Shown: in pieces, positions 50,634 to 64,000 of the stretch
How the letters are laid out: each line of letters starts with the position of its first letter
Position numbering within the stretch: the first letter of the stretch is position 1
Origin: Eledone cirrhosa
Lineage: Eukaryota
Direction of reading: 5' to 3'
NCBI GenBank assembly: GCA_964016885.1
Contig: OZ024741.1
Location: forward strand, 320,850,001-320,914,000
DNA length: 64,000 nt
Program-made: the position numbers and the translations under genes
The notes under the pieces: generated by a model
What the model was told of the DNA's origin: nothing
Database searches by the model: none
What the model saw: only the letters and a program-made list of their open reading frames with translations

Positions 50634-50896
50634 ATATCCAGTGCTTTTATCGAGAATGACACAGCTAGAGACTTATAGAATACTTAGCTGTGTACAGGAA
50701 CTGGTTTGAAAGAGCGGTTGCCGGTCCGGCAGAAATTAGAAATTGGAATAAATGCTCTGAAATAGCGATATATATGTGAATATAGACATAGAATATTCGA
50801 AAATATTCTGTATGTTTATAATAAACATTTTGAAGACCTAATCGCTATAGAATAGAATACGTCAGCTATATATATATATATGCATATATATATATA

Positions 50897-50957
50897 TAGC
50901 TTTCCTGATGATTTCCTTCGAATGAAACACCTCTAATCCTGTAGAAGCCATTGCTAT
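50897..50957 (+). ncRNA. Solo ~60-nt hammerhead with intact core, between (TA)n tracts
   Basis: agctttc CTGATGA tttc cttc gaat GAAA ca cctctaatcc tg TA gaagcc. Confidence 0.75.
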
Positions 50958-50978
50958 ATTATATATATATATATATAT

Positions 50979-53975
50979 AAATCAGGAAAGAAGAGTGACA
51001 CGGTTTGCTATACAAAAAAGGTTTTTAATCTCATTGCTGACAATTGTTTCTCTGAACTGGTAGGTCTATAGAGATGGCTACCCGCTTGTTTTCACGTCAT
51101 TCGATCACCAATACATAGTTGTAACCAGTCAATTCATCGGAGCTTGTGAGAATGAAAGTAATATACAGGCATGGCTACTATATATAGTAGTAATGGCATT
51201 CAATCAGAACAATAACAACTATACTAACAATGCTAGCAATAAATTATTTGAAATAATCACAACATCAATCTAGGTGAGAAATATAGTATATCTACGATTT
51301 TAGCGTGTAAAACTAGCTGACATGAGGCAGATGTATAAAATTGACATGTAAAAGCTATCATGGGGTGTATTATATATAGTGTAAAGATAAGCCGGTGGCT
51401 TTAAACAATGTAGGTCGTAAGAATCATTTATTATCTGACAGATGAAAAATTTATCACTGTAGTGAGGATAGTAATATTTGTGGTGTTAGGTTCAATATTT
51501 GTGTGGTCTATATTAGATGAAAGGGTTGTCTAGCTTTCTCATCATCAATAACATACATGTATAAGACAACATTAACAGAGTAGCAATATAATAGGTAAGT
51601 TACTACAGAGGTTAAGGAGGCAATATATATATATAAAGAGAAAACATGCTGACTACAATTATAACAGGAGGAAGATAATATTCTGCTGTAGTAGTATTTT
51701 GAAATTTTCTTGGATTTTGGTTCATTTGTTGAGTCAAGGGTGAGGAAGTTGTGTTGACAGCAGCTGAGAAGGGATATATTTATGGGTTGATAAGGTACTT
51801 ACAGACATTACTGTGGTATAGAATTAAGAAGGCTAGAATGTACTTAATGATTATATTTCTGTGGTGGTTCGTGCAATATAGTGGATATCCTAAGTTGAAA
51901 GCTAAGTTACGTCGGTTCGATTCACGGAGGCTTACATCTTGTGAATTTAGTGGCGATCCTGTGTCTGCAGAAGATTGATCTTTCTAACTTGTTGTTGAGT
52001 AGTCTTTTTACATTTCTAAGGATATATAGTAATTCTAGATCACAGTTGTGATACTGTGATGTGTTTATGTTTATAATTTGGTGTTATGTTGCGCATAGGT
52101 GGGGCGGATTCCCTAGAGGTATTTCTGTGGTTGATCTTGCGTATGTGCGATTCTATATTTGCTGCCGTAGAGTATGACAGTTTTATAGTTTTTCTATTGA
52201 GTATTTTATGATATATGTGTGAAATAGGGAAGTGTTTATCTATTAGTTTAAAGAATGTAGAAGGCAGTCAAGTTTTTACAGAGGAGTTAAAGATTGGATT
52301 GAACCATATGTATTTTCTTTCTCTGATTCTTCTATTGTTTCTAGGGTTTACATTATTGGTGGTTGGACCACTTACTCTAGGTGCTACGTGCCTAACTCTA
52401 TGTCTAGTACTGTTACCTCTATTTTTGTGTGAGCGGTTCGTGTAATTGCTAGTAGATTTGGCGAATAGATGTCTTGATTCGAGCCTAGTGTACATGTGTA
52501 CGGTCAATTCAGACAACTCCACTTGGAATTACATTGGATCCACCGCGGGTACTTTTAAAAAATGATGGTATGTGCACAGACACTCGATGAAAAACCGTGC
52601 ACTTGTGGGTTCTACAACCCTCGCCAAAAAAATCTGGGAACTTAAGGACAATAACACCAACTACAATATCAACTGGTCGAGGTTGTCGGCCGCAAAGACC
52701 TACAGTACCGGTATGTCCCACTGTAGGCTCTGTGATCTAGAATTACTATATATCCTTAGAAATGTAAAAAGGCTACTCAACAACAAGTTAGAAAGATCAA
52801 TCTTCTGCAGACACAAGATCGCCACTAAATTCACAAGATTTAAGCCTCCATGAATCGAACCGACGTAACTTAGCTTTCAACTTAGGATACCCACTATACA
52901 GCACGAACCACCACAGAAATATAATCATTAAGTACATTCTAGCCTTCTTAATCCTATACCACAGTAATGTCTGTAAGTACCTTATCAACCCATAAATATA
53001 TCCCTTCTCAGCTGCTGTCAACACAACTTCCTCACCCTTGACTCTCAACAAATGAACCAAAATCCAAGAACATTTCAAAATACTACTACAGCAGAACATT
53101 ACCTTCCTCCTGTTATAATTGTAGTCAGCGTGTTTTCTCTTTATACATATATATATATTGCCTCCTTAACCTCTGTATTAACTTACCTATTATATTGCTA
53201 CTCTGTTAATGTTGTCTTATACATGTATGTTATTGATGATGAGAAAGCTAGACAACCCTTTCATGTAATATAGACCACACAAATATTGAACCTAACACCA
53301 CAAATATTACTATCCTCACTACAGTGATAAATTTTTCATCTGTCAGATAATAAATGATTCTTACGGCCACCAGACCTACATTGTTTAAAGCCGCCGGCTT
53401 ATCTTTACACTATATATAATACACCCCATGACAGCTTTTGCATGTCAATTTTATACATCTGCCTCATGTCAGCTAGTTTTACACGCTAAAATCGTAGATA
53501 TACTATATTTCTCACCTAGATTGATGTTGTGATTATTTCAAATAATGTATTGTTAGCATTGTTAGTATTGTTGTTATTGTTCTGATTGAATGCCATTACT
53601 ACTATATATAGTAGCCATGCCTGTATATTCCTTTCATTCTCACAAGCTCCGATGAATTGACTGGTTACAACTATGTATTGGTGATCGAATGACATGAAAA
53701 CAAGCGGGTAGCGATCTCTAGACCTACCAGTCAGAGAAACAATTGTCAGCAATGAGATTAAAAACCTTTTTTGTATAGCAAACCGTGTCACTCTTCTTTC
53801 CTGATTTATCATTACTCCACGTGTTTAAAACATAGAAATTACCGCGTACTCGCAGCATCACTATGCCAACGCCTTGTTGAGTCAAACTTAGCCAAGCGTT
53901 GATATCATCCACTACCCGGAGTACCATAACTGGACTACACTTAAGTGGACTACCTATAACAATAATCTGTTACCC
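50979..53975. mobile_element. Head-to-head inverted Penelope-like element (~1.06-kb arms)
   Basis: 50979-52045 is the reverse complement of about 52730-53808; minus arm encodes YIWFNP..KLIDKHFP..TIKLSYST; plus arm ORF 52572-52853 TTLAKKIWELK..CRLCDLE..LLNNK..FCRH (second half of GIY-YIG); (TA)n flanks. Confidence 0.88.
53638..53757 (+). ncRNA. Hammerhead-like fold with CCGAUGA core and ~80-nt stem II domain in PLE terminal repeat
   Basis: tctca caa gct CCGATGA a-ttgactggt...accagtcag-a GAAA caattg TC agc aa tgaga; same core in the inverted copy at 51029-51151. Confidence 0.7.
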
Positions 53976-54007
53976 CGTATATATATATATATATATATAT
54001 TTAATAT

Positions 54008-54065
54008 AGAAATGGCTTCTCCTGGACTAGAACTGTTTCATTCGAAGGAAATCACCAGGAAAACT
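54008..54065 (-). ncRNA. Degenerate solo hammerhead (CTGGTGA core, cleavage triplet lost)
   Basis: Homologous to 50897-50957; in (TA)n. Confidence 0.6.
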
Positions 54066-54085
54066 ATATATATATATACATACTG

Positions 54086-54141
<56 letters not shown>

Positions 54142-54278
54142 GGAGGAGTTCTGGTAAGGAACCAGATGGACCATAACGCACCAGAGTACTCAATACTTAG
54201 GGTAGTAGAGTGGGTAATAGGAGAAAGTATGAGCTCTGCCGTCGGGGTCATACTTTCTCATATATATATATATATATG

Positions 54279-54385
<107 letters not shown>

Positions 54386-54386
54386 A

Positions 54387-54518
<132 letters not shown>

Positions 54519-55411
54519 GTGTATGTGTGTAAGCGTGGAAATTTGTATTTTCTATATACTTCAATTTTCATTGTCTATATTCTCCAAAAACATCCAATCA
54601 TCTGATTGAAACTACCATTTCTTTTTTATAGATTGTATATACCACTAGAGAGTATTTTCTACTAATTGCTTGCATTATCAGAGTTAAATCAAAGTCTGTT
54701 TCAATTCATTATACTGCATATGTGAGACCCGACCATATTTGTATTTAGCATACAGAATGCTTCCCAAGCTATTTTGTCCAAATCATGTTGTTGATCTGAA
54801 CAATAATAGACTGAGCAGCCGCATCATAAATGTGTATTGAGCTAGGAAGAACACCATCAAAGAGATAACACGTTACAGAGAGATGGGGAGGGCGAGAGTG
54901 ATGGAGGCGATGATAGTGGGAGTTCGGCTCTTCCACGTTCTGACCATATCCTAGTGGTTGTGTTCATTATCTATAGAGTTCATTCTTTGACAAGATGATC
55001 TCAATCTCTGTTCAGACATCAGGTAACTTGTTCAGGATATGCTTGACCAAAAACACGTACACTCAATCACCAGCTGAAACAGGTCACCTCAGACCGGTCG
55101 AATCGACTTGTTAGAAATGGCAGCTAAATCTCAATGAAACCATTCAAGAACGATACATTGGATAATGTGGCCCTAAATATACTCATCTGAAAATAATTCG
55201 AGATAGTCGAATCTAGAACGTTCCACCGAAGAAGATCTGGAGCTAAACAATATATATAACCACACTATATCTCTCTACTCAGCCTAAATACATGTACACT
55301 ACCGCCATAAACACGACACTACTACAATACCACCCTATCAACATTAACTATATCTCCTCCATTTTCCTTTCCACAAGCGCAATTTCTCATTCTCCATCGC
55401 TCTCTTTCTCT

Positions 55412-55495
<84 letters not shown>

Positions 55496-57849
55496 ATATC
55501 TGTCTCTCCATCTTTCCATCTCCCACTATCTTTCCTTTTCTATCTTTCCTTCTCATTTCTCTATCTCTCTCCCGTGCCATCTTTCTACCTCTATCTACCT
55601 CTTTCTACCTCATTCCATGCTCTACATCTCTTTTCCTCTCCACCCTTCCCCTCAACCTCTCACTCTATATCCCTCTCTCACTTCCTCTCTCTCTCCCTAT
55701 CCATGAATTTCCCTATCCCTCCCCCTCTCTAACGCTCCCTCTCTACACCTCCCCATCCCTCTATTCCCCTGCCCTTTCCTCTCCCTTCCCATCCCTCCCA
55801 ATCCTTCTCCCTCTTCCTCTCTCTCCATCTTATCTCCTCTTATCTGCTTATTCTTCCCTTCTCCTCTCAATTTTATTTTGGCACCATCTCCAGCTCATTC
55901 ACTGAATTTCACCCCGAGAGAAATTAAAACCAACAACCTTGAGATAATTACTGATTTAATTATAATTACAATTTGATTGGCAACATACCCAACCGTCACT
56001 ACCACACTCTTCACCGTTACAATATAATAGTTAATAATAGTATTTTCACTCGCATGTTATTTAATGTTCTTACTGTATTTCACTCATCATGTTACGCTAT
56101 AACGCCCCCACAAATTATCTAACGATGGTGTCTCAGTCATTGCATTAATAAAGCGCCATATATCATTTGCCAAGTTATGTGGATCGTTTCTCACTCCTCA
56201 CCTACTTTAAATGTCGTACTTCACTCACAAGTGTATTTGAGCATCATATTGCTTTCATCGTCTTAATAAAGAGTCGTATCTCACTATCCAAGTTATCTAA
56301 CAATTGTGTATCTTCAAAATTATGAGAAGTATATCTCACTGAGTTATTCAACCCAACAAATTATATGAATTGTATCACATCAAATTATCCGAGATTTGTA
56401 CCTCTTGAAATTTTCAAAATGTCATCTTTTTCTCAATAACAATCTCCAAGCATCTTCGATCTCTTTGATCGGGTGTTACCTGACAGAACGCTTCTCTGCA
56501 TTTGTTGCTGTTGTTGTTTAGTGCAGCTCCAGTATACCAATGATAAATGTTCTTTCTGCTATGCCCAGCCAGTATTTTATTCTATATCAAGATTATATTA
56601 TCCAATGTGCCCTTTTTTTTACGAAGGAAGTGTGTGATTCGAGAATAATTTGGTTACTATTTCTAGTTGGTTGAGGGACTATGGAGACCTCACTGAATTG
56701 TACATCGGAAGAGTCACCATCCTACCTACATTATATTAATATGCTGATGTATATCAGACTTCCCACATTCTTTTTTTCTGCATTAATCACCGACTCGTGG
56801 TTACAGAAGCCAATGAGGGACTTTGTGTGTATTTGTTCCAATTGCAAGAAATGACACCAAGATATCCCTCAAATACCACTTTTCAGCCTTCAGAAATAAG
56901 ACACATTGAGCAATGTATTTCTAGATATATAAAATGACTGGATGGTCACAGTTGGAATGATTTTAACAATACTTCTGCACGAAGAGTATATAATTAAGAC
57001 TAAATTACAACTAGATATTATTTCTAGTCTTGTGTAGATGATCCCACACGACTTTCTTTTTTAAATATTCGTATACAATATATAAATATCACCCTCGACT
57101 TCAGCTGATCCGAATTGAAGTATTATCTAGTAAAGAGAAAGAAACAGTTTTTCGGGAGTTAGTCACTTTCAACAACACCGAAGCGCAATCAAAACACACA
57201 TTAAATCACCTCGAATCACCAGAACTTCTTTTATTCATGAGCATTACGGCAAAGACACGACAACTGCTAGGCTTCCTAATTACTGATGTAATTTCAAGGA
57301 AACAGCACAACAGCCAATTCAACCTCTCAAAAATTAGGTTCATTCTTCAGTCTTGACCAGTACTGATCCTCTCTAAATGTAAAGTAAAACCCACATTGAG
57401 ATATTGCTGTGGTGAATTAGCAGAGTCGTTTGAGTGTATGACGAATTCACTTGTGGTAGTTTTTCCAGTCTTATACGCTGTGTTCAAATCTTTGCCCTCC
57501 ATCCTTTCGAGCTCAACAAAATAAAATACCAACCCAGAACAAGAGATTGGCGGTGTTGTTAAGACATCGGAAAAAATGCCTAGTAGTATTTGTTTCTGTT
57601 ATTTGTGACCTGAGTTCAAATCCTGTTGTGGCTTACTTGGGCGGTAAACATAATCCATCACCCGGCTTAACATCACTACTTGAGTCTTTGTTGCAAATAT
57701 TTAGGTCGGATTTCCGGTTGGAGGGTGCCTTCCACCTCCAGTCATGGACACTGCTCTTCCCTCTCTTGCTCCATAGTAAAAAGCGATTACACTGGCATAA
57801 GGTCAAAAGACAGTGAACAACATGTTCTTCAACTACTGGCTCACATACA

Positions 57850-58034
57850 TTATTGTTTCTACTTTTGGCAAAAGGCCAGCAATTATCCAGTACATTACTG
57901 GTACTTCATTTTATCGACCCCGTAAGGATGAAAGGCAAAGTTAACCTCGGCGGGATTTGAACTCAGATCATAAAGGGCCGTAACTCTATGCTGAAAAGCA
58001 TGGCGTCCGACCCTCTACCGATACTGTCAATCAA
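57850..58034 (-). mobile_element. tRNA-derived SINE
   Basis: Family consensus; ctcacatacat duplicated on both flanks. Confidence 0.88.
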
Positions 58035-58899
58035 CTGACTCACATACATAATGTACTTTCCCTCCATCTCTTCTTATACTATTACAACCTCCTCGATTCT
58101 ACCAAATTAGTAAACTGTTAAATTCTTAAAGTGTGAAGTATATATATTGATATGTGAAATATCATCCTTAAATATTATGGTGAGGATATTCAATGAATAG
58201 TGTAATCCTGGTAGAAAAACTTCTGGACAAATAAGTGTGACCACAGTTTAAATACCTCCAGTCTGTTGGACCAGAGTTAACAATAACATCAACAACCATA
58301 TTTTTAAAAGCGGGATGATATTTGATCTTGAATTCCTGAATATACTGTTTGAAAATATATGACGTGATGATGATTGTATTATATCAAAAATCTACAATAC
58401 AAACGCTCACGTAAACAGCAATAAAAACAACTTGTGCGGTATCACTTGACGTACTTGATATAATAGCTAAATCTGTGGTAAGACATTAGAAAAAGAATTT
58501 CTGGATATAAAATATCTGAAAATAGAAATAAAATACCTGAAAAAAGAAAACAAGATCATTGCTGGAATGTTTCTGATCATAGTTTTTAATCATAGCTAAC
58601 CTGGGTTCATCAGCAACAATAACAACATCCAATCATGTCAACAAGTCATATTTTATACAGTGGCTCAAACTGCAAGAAATAGTGATCAAAAGAATGTCCA
58701 TCGACTCAAACTCAACTATGTTAAGAAAATTGAAGAACACATTGGATAATATAGTGTTAAATACCCTATGTCTGAAAAAAAAGTGATGCATGATCACGTG
58801 TGGAACGCCTTTAATTCAACGTTAGGTAGACCAGCGCTGATCTGGTTTAAACAACAATAAGAATGACGACAAGAAGGAAACCAGCCGGCAGATGATATA

Positions 58900-59105
58900 A
58901 TAATGATTTTTAATATAGGCACACGGACAAAAATTTGTGGGGAGGGGGAGTTGTTTACATTGATCACAGTACGTGACTGGCATTTTATTTTAACGACCAA
59001 TGAATGGATGAAATGCTAAGCTGACCTTGGTGGGATATGGACTCAGAACGGAAAGTGTCGTAACAAATAACACAAAGCATTTAGCCGCCGTTCAAACGTT
59101 TCCGC
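58900..59105 (-). mobile_element. Older diverged SINE of related type
   Basis: ggatgaaatgctaagctgacc..gggat..gactcagaac resembles the reverse complement of the SINE core. Confidence 0.55.
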
Positions 59106-59811
59106 CTTAGTAGATGGCATAACAAATGTACTTCGCATTCTATTATATATCTCGAGTGTATATCAAACCCGTCCTCGAATTATCATCTAATAGTCACGTG
59201 TTTATACTATAAACAACTCTTACTAGATGCACATCGTACCATACAATAAATGTTGTACAATCCCCGAAAGAGTCTTGATAGAACAAATTTATATTTGGAA
59301 ATTCTTTTACTTGGGGTTTTGGTAGGCTTCAATTATCGATTTTGGTGATTTTCCTTCGTTATAATTATAGAACAGAATACAACTGTTTCATTGTTATTAG
59401 CAGTCGCTTGCTTGATGGATGTATTGATGTTTGGCTCACTAGAGCTGTGAGGTTGGGCACAGATTATGTACATAGTTGTTATGAGAATGAAGAATAGCAT
59501 TGAAATAGAGGAACAGTATATGTGTACGGTACGTGTGTGTATGTGTATGAGAGAGAGGTGACGGGGGGAGAGAGAAAGAAAGATAGAAAGAAAGCTAAAG
59601 AACGAGAGAGACAGAGCAACTGAAAGTCTAAGAGAGGTTTTAAGTCAGTGAAATTTGTCTTTGTGGCATACATGCACACATATACACACACATTCATAGA
59701 TACATACATACACACAATACATACATTAATATATACATACATACCTATGTATGCATGTATATATGTATATATATATATATGTATATATAAATATATATAT
59801 ACATATATATA

Positions 59812-59889
<78 letters not shown>

Positions 59890-60645
59890 ATGTATGTGCA
59901 TGTATGTGTGTGTATGTAGAGTAAGTGAGATATACGTAGATAGATATAGAGATCTATAGATAGATAGTTAGGTAGATTGATAAATAGATAGATAATTCGT
60001 GTACATACATATATATAGTGTAATCTGGAACATTCAGTTTAAGTAGACTAGATTGAGTACAATAGATATGAATACAGCAAATAGACCAGATAATGCGTAG
60101 AAAAGTAATGAAAGGAAATAACTGCAAATATATATCTAAAGTGCATACAGTGTACAGAAATGGTTTCATTGGCAGACAGACATGTAGATAGGTATACAAC
60201 ACATAGATGGGTACCTATCAACTAGCACGCACACGCACAGACATACACACATACACATGTATGTGTGAGTGCGTGTGTTATATATATATATATATATATA
60301 TATTGTTATACTTGGGGAGGGTCATATTTGTGTAATATTGCCAGAATTAATAACAGAACACACTCACTGTTTGGTTGGTTTTCGCTTTTCGCTTCTGTGT
60401 CTTTTATATCGGTAATCTAATTTATTCGGTCCTCAATGTTGCCATTGACTGACCAACGGTCAAAAATAATACAGATACAATATAGACACAAACACATATA
60501 TATATAGTTTATCAAAGTTCTTTCGTTGCACATCTGCAACATCGTCAGTGGTGCTATTGTTTCCTCCCGTTGCATTGTTTTTTCTACGCCATCTTTATTT
60601 AGTCTGTTTATTTAGTCTCTTTATTTAGTCTGTTTATTTAGTCGC

Positions 60646-61450
60646 ATGTGCGACCCAACAGAAATGGAAAGACACATCCAACACTTCATCAACCGCATGC
60701 AGTTCTCTGGCTACAACCAAAGAGACAGAGTCAGAGTATACGAAGGAGCCATGGAGAAGTATAAGACCCTCATAGAACTGGACATGAAAGGAATTTGCCC
60801 ATTATACAGGAGCAAATCATGGAATAGCTTAGATGGGGCTAGACATAAGATAGGGAAAGCCACCTCATGGTACGACAACCAGAGATACCAGAGTATCATG
60901 TTTGTGGCGCTACCCCTGGAGGGAAATTAGCTAACCAGTGTAGAAAGGCCCTGAGAAAGACCCACTTAAAAATTAAGGTGGTAGAAAAGCCAGGAACCAC
61001 CATAAAATCTCTGATCAGCAAAACCTACCCTTTAACAAAACCCACTGTACTAATAGGAAATGTATCATATGTAAGGTAAACCCCCGGATAAACTGTAAAA
61101 CTAGAAACGTAGTCTATAGCATAAGATGTACAGAGGGTACTTGCAGAAACATGACAACAACATACATAGGCGAGACAGCTCGTAGCATAGGTGAAAGGAT
61201 AGACCAACACTGGGGGGAACTAAAAGGACGAAAAAACGGTTCAGTACTATACGAACATGCTAGACAACAACATGACGGTAACATAGACAACATAGAAATT
61301 AGAATAATATCTAAACATAGGAATGACCCAGCAGATAGGCAAATTAGAGAGGCCAGTGAAATAGAACTTAGAAGGCCAAGGCTAAACAGAAAGAATGAAT
61401 GGAATAACAACAACACCCAAACAAACAACACTGACCTAAGAGAGGTATAA
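60646..61450 (+). pseudogene. PLE thumb/linker plus GIY-YIG endonuclease (frameshifted)
   Basis: RMQFSGY..PLYRSKSW, ATPGGKL..IKVVEKPG, CK..NVVY..YIGETARSIGER..H, RQIREA..I..LNRKNEW. Confidence 0.9.
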
Positions 61451-61711
61451 ATAAATAAATAGATAAATAAATAAATAAATAAATACATACACAAGCACAA
61501 TAACAACAAACACATATAAACACACACTAGTAAAGATAGAATAAATTAACCAATACACAGTCACCCAAGCACGAACACACATCAAACAAAACACTATACA
61601 AAACACGCGCAAACGCATGCGCAAAGAAGTCAAAAAAATAGACAAATAAATAAATATGTAAACAGACTAAATAAAGATGGCGTAGACATACGATGCAACG
61701 GGAGGAAACAA

Positions 61712-61760
61712 TAGCACCACTGACGATGTTGCAGATGTGCAACGAAAGAACTTTGATAAA
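61712..61760 (+). ncRNA. Partial or minimal hammerhead-like motif in PLE terminal repeat
   Basis: CTGACGA t gttgca gatg tgcaac GAAA gaac TT tgat; stem II is strong but stems I and III are weak; mirrored at about 60510-60556. Confidence 0.45.
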
Positions 61761-61997
61761 GTATATATATGTGTTTGTGTCTATATTGTATCTGTATTTT
61801 TGACCGTTGGTCAGTCAATGGCAACATTGAGGACCGAATAAATTAGATTACCGATATAAAAGACACAGAAGCGAAAAGCGAAAACCAACCAAACAGTGAG
61901 TGTGTTCTGTTATTAATTCTGGCAATATTACACAAATATGACCCTCCCCAAGTATAACAATATTTGTTTCGACACACGATTTCATATCAAAAACCTC

Positions 61998-62520
<523 letters not shown>

Positions 62521-64000
62521 GGTGTGTTGTGTTTGTGTAGTATGTATATATATATATACATGCATTGGCAACAGCATTAACAAAACGTGGTTGAGAATAG
62601 AAACGTATATCAGAGCATATATATAGGTTTATGAATGGTAAACAAACATATCTCATTGTGGGTATTTAGTGCTGTGATCATATCGTTGCTACTTCAGTAA
62701 CCGTATGAGAACACCAAATATCAGTATTTACTCACTAGCTACTGAGGCATTAGATGATAGCTTATATAGAGATTTCGCAAATAATACATGCTCCTTTGCA
62801 TATTATGCAGTCTTGGTAAGTGGCATTGATAAGTAATAGTAGCCCATCAAGCTCCCACAAAAGTACTATGAAATCAAATCTATATAGAAGCTATCAGCTT
62901 ATCTGTTACAGTACGTAGTAGATAAAGGACACAGACGATGAATAAGCATCCTGAAATACTAATATTCTCCGTTGTTAGACAATTACTGAGGTATGTGTGG
63001 CATGATATATATGTGTGGCATGATATATATATATATATAATAGAGGTGTATATTGAAGTGTATGTAATACGTTTATGAGTATATATATATATATATATAT
63101 ATTCATATATATATATATATATGAATTCATATATGTATGTCTGTGTGTATGCTTATATATATATATTATATGCATACACATACAGGCAGACATGTGTTGG
63201 TGATGGTCATAAAAGTTTCTAATATTATTCACGGTGACAAAATTTGTTGATGAAGGAGAAACTACAAAGCATACTTTTTAAACTATTTTTCTTGAACCAA
63301 GACACACATAAATCTACAGCATCCACCCTCCATATCCTCACCGATCGGATACATTTTTATGTCTATATCGAGTAAAGTGGTCTGATCCGAATTGAAATAT
63401 ATGATCATAAATCAACAACCCAAGTATTTTACTACACAATTTCTGTTTCTCTTTGTTTGACTTACTCATATGTGCATCAAATTAATTTTGTAGAAACTGT
63501 CATGGTGTGAGTCCAGAGAAAAATGGTGTTTGAGTGATTTATTTGTGGGTAAAGAATGTTAGGTTGGGTAAATTTTGGGGTCATACAATGACGATGTCAC
63601 ACATTGGAATATGATAGAATATGAATAGGGTGTGGTGATCTGGGAATCTTGTTAATAAAACAGTAAAAGAAAATTACCAAATACCCATTCCCTCTTATGT
63701 ACATATATATATATATACACGAGGTCCGAACACAAAAGAACCAAACTCCCACTGTTACCTACTCCGTCTCTCCTGCTCTCCCCATCTCTCACTAATGTGA
63801 GCAAATGGGGGCCCACGCACTGGCAGAATAGAAAAGGCGTTTCCCGGGAGGATGCTGGGGGAGACGCACTGATGTTTTTTTTTTAAATATCTGGAGTAGA
63901 GACGATTCCTTAATTACCAGTAACCTTTGCCTTAATATCTGAAAATATCGCAGTTGGATATCAATGTTTTTGGTTGACTCTATTCGAAATTATTAGATTG

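Larger units (their letters stand above)
49851..50864 (-). mobile_element. Tandem array of 3.27 apparently identical 310-bp units, each with a minimal hammerhead (non-LTR retrozyme-like)
   Basis: tatagacatagaatattcga starts at 49851, 50161, 50471 and 50781; no ORF; (TA)n flanks; many internal hairpins. Confidence 0.92.
60301..61962 (+). mobile_element. 5'-truncated Penelope-like element (different lineage from the WFNP type) with ~310-bp inverted arms
   Basis: 60301-60620 is the reverse complement of 61660-61962; coding remnant between them; (TA)n flanks. Confidence 0.88.

Noticed and set aside
49851-50864. CRISPR-like array or simple satellite
   Set aside because: Units are full-length identical with no unique spacers, the context is eukaryotic, and no cas genes are present.
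63718-64000. Possible mariner-like terminal repeat after TA (cacgaggtccgaac..)
   Set aside because: Weak resemblance, and the window ends before any partner repeat or ORF.

Overview
AT-rich, microsatellite-dense animal DNA, most likely from an octopod cephalopod (inferred from the abundant tRNA-derived SINE and repeat landscape). No host exon could be recognised. The window is mostly mobile DNA: two L1/Tx1-type LINEs (one near full length, 7.6-13.3 kb, minus), an R4/Dong-type RLE LINE plus relics, several RTE fragments and an RTE-derived non-autonomous family sitting in (TACA)n, two Helitrons, about nine SINEs, and four truncated Penelope-like elements (PLEs) with GIY-YIG endonuclease remnants. 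The main signal is non-coding. About ten unrelated or distantly related repeat families, nearly all embedded in (TA)n, each carry a hand-foldable type I hammerhead ribozyme (HHR). They include tandem 310-, 319-, 321-, ~544- and 657-bp units resembling non-LTR retrozymes (circular-RNA-derived), ~60-nt solo ribozymes, and PLE terminal repeats. Several cores are non-canonical (U3-A8 in two independent families, C4, mismatched 10.1-11.1 pair, very long stem II). The 310-bp and 319-bp units share a scaffold but carry different hammerheads. All structures were folded by eye and none has been tested for activity.
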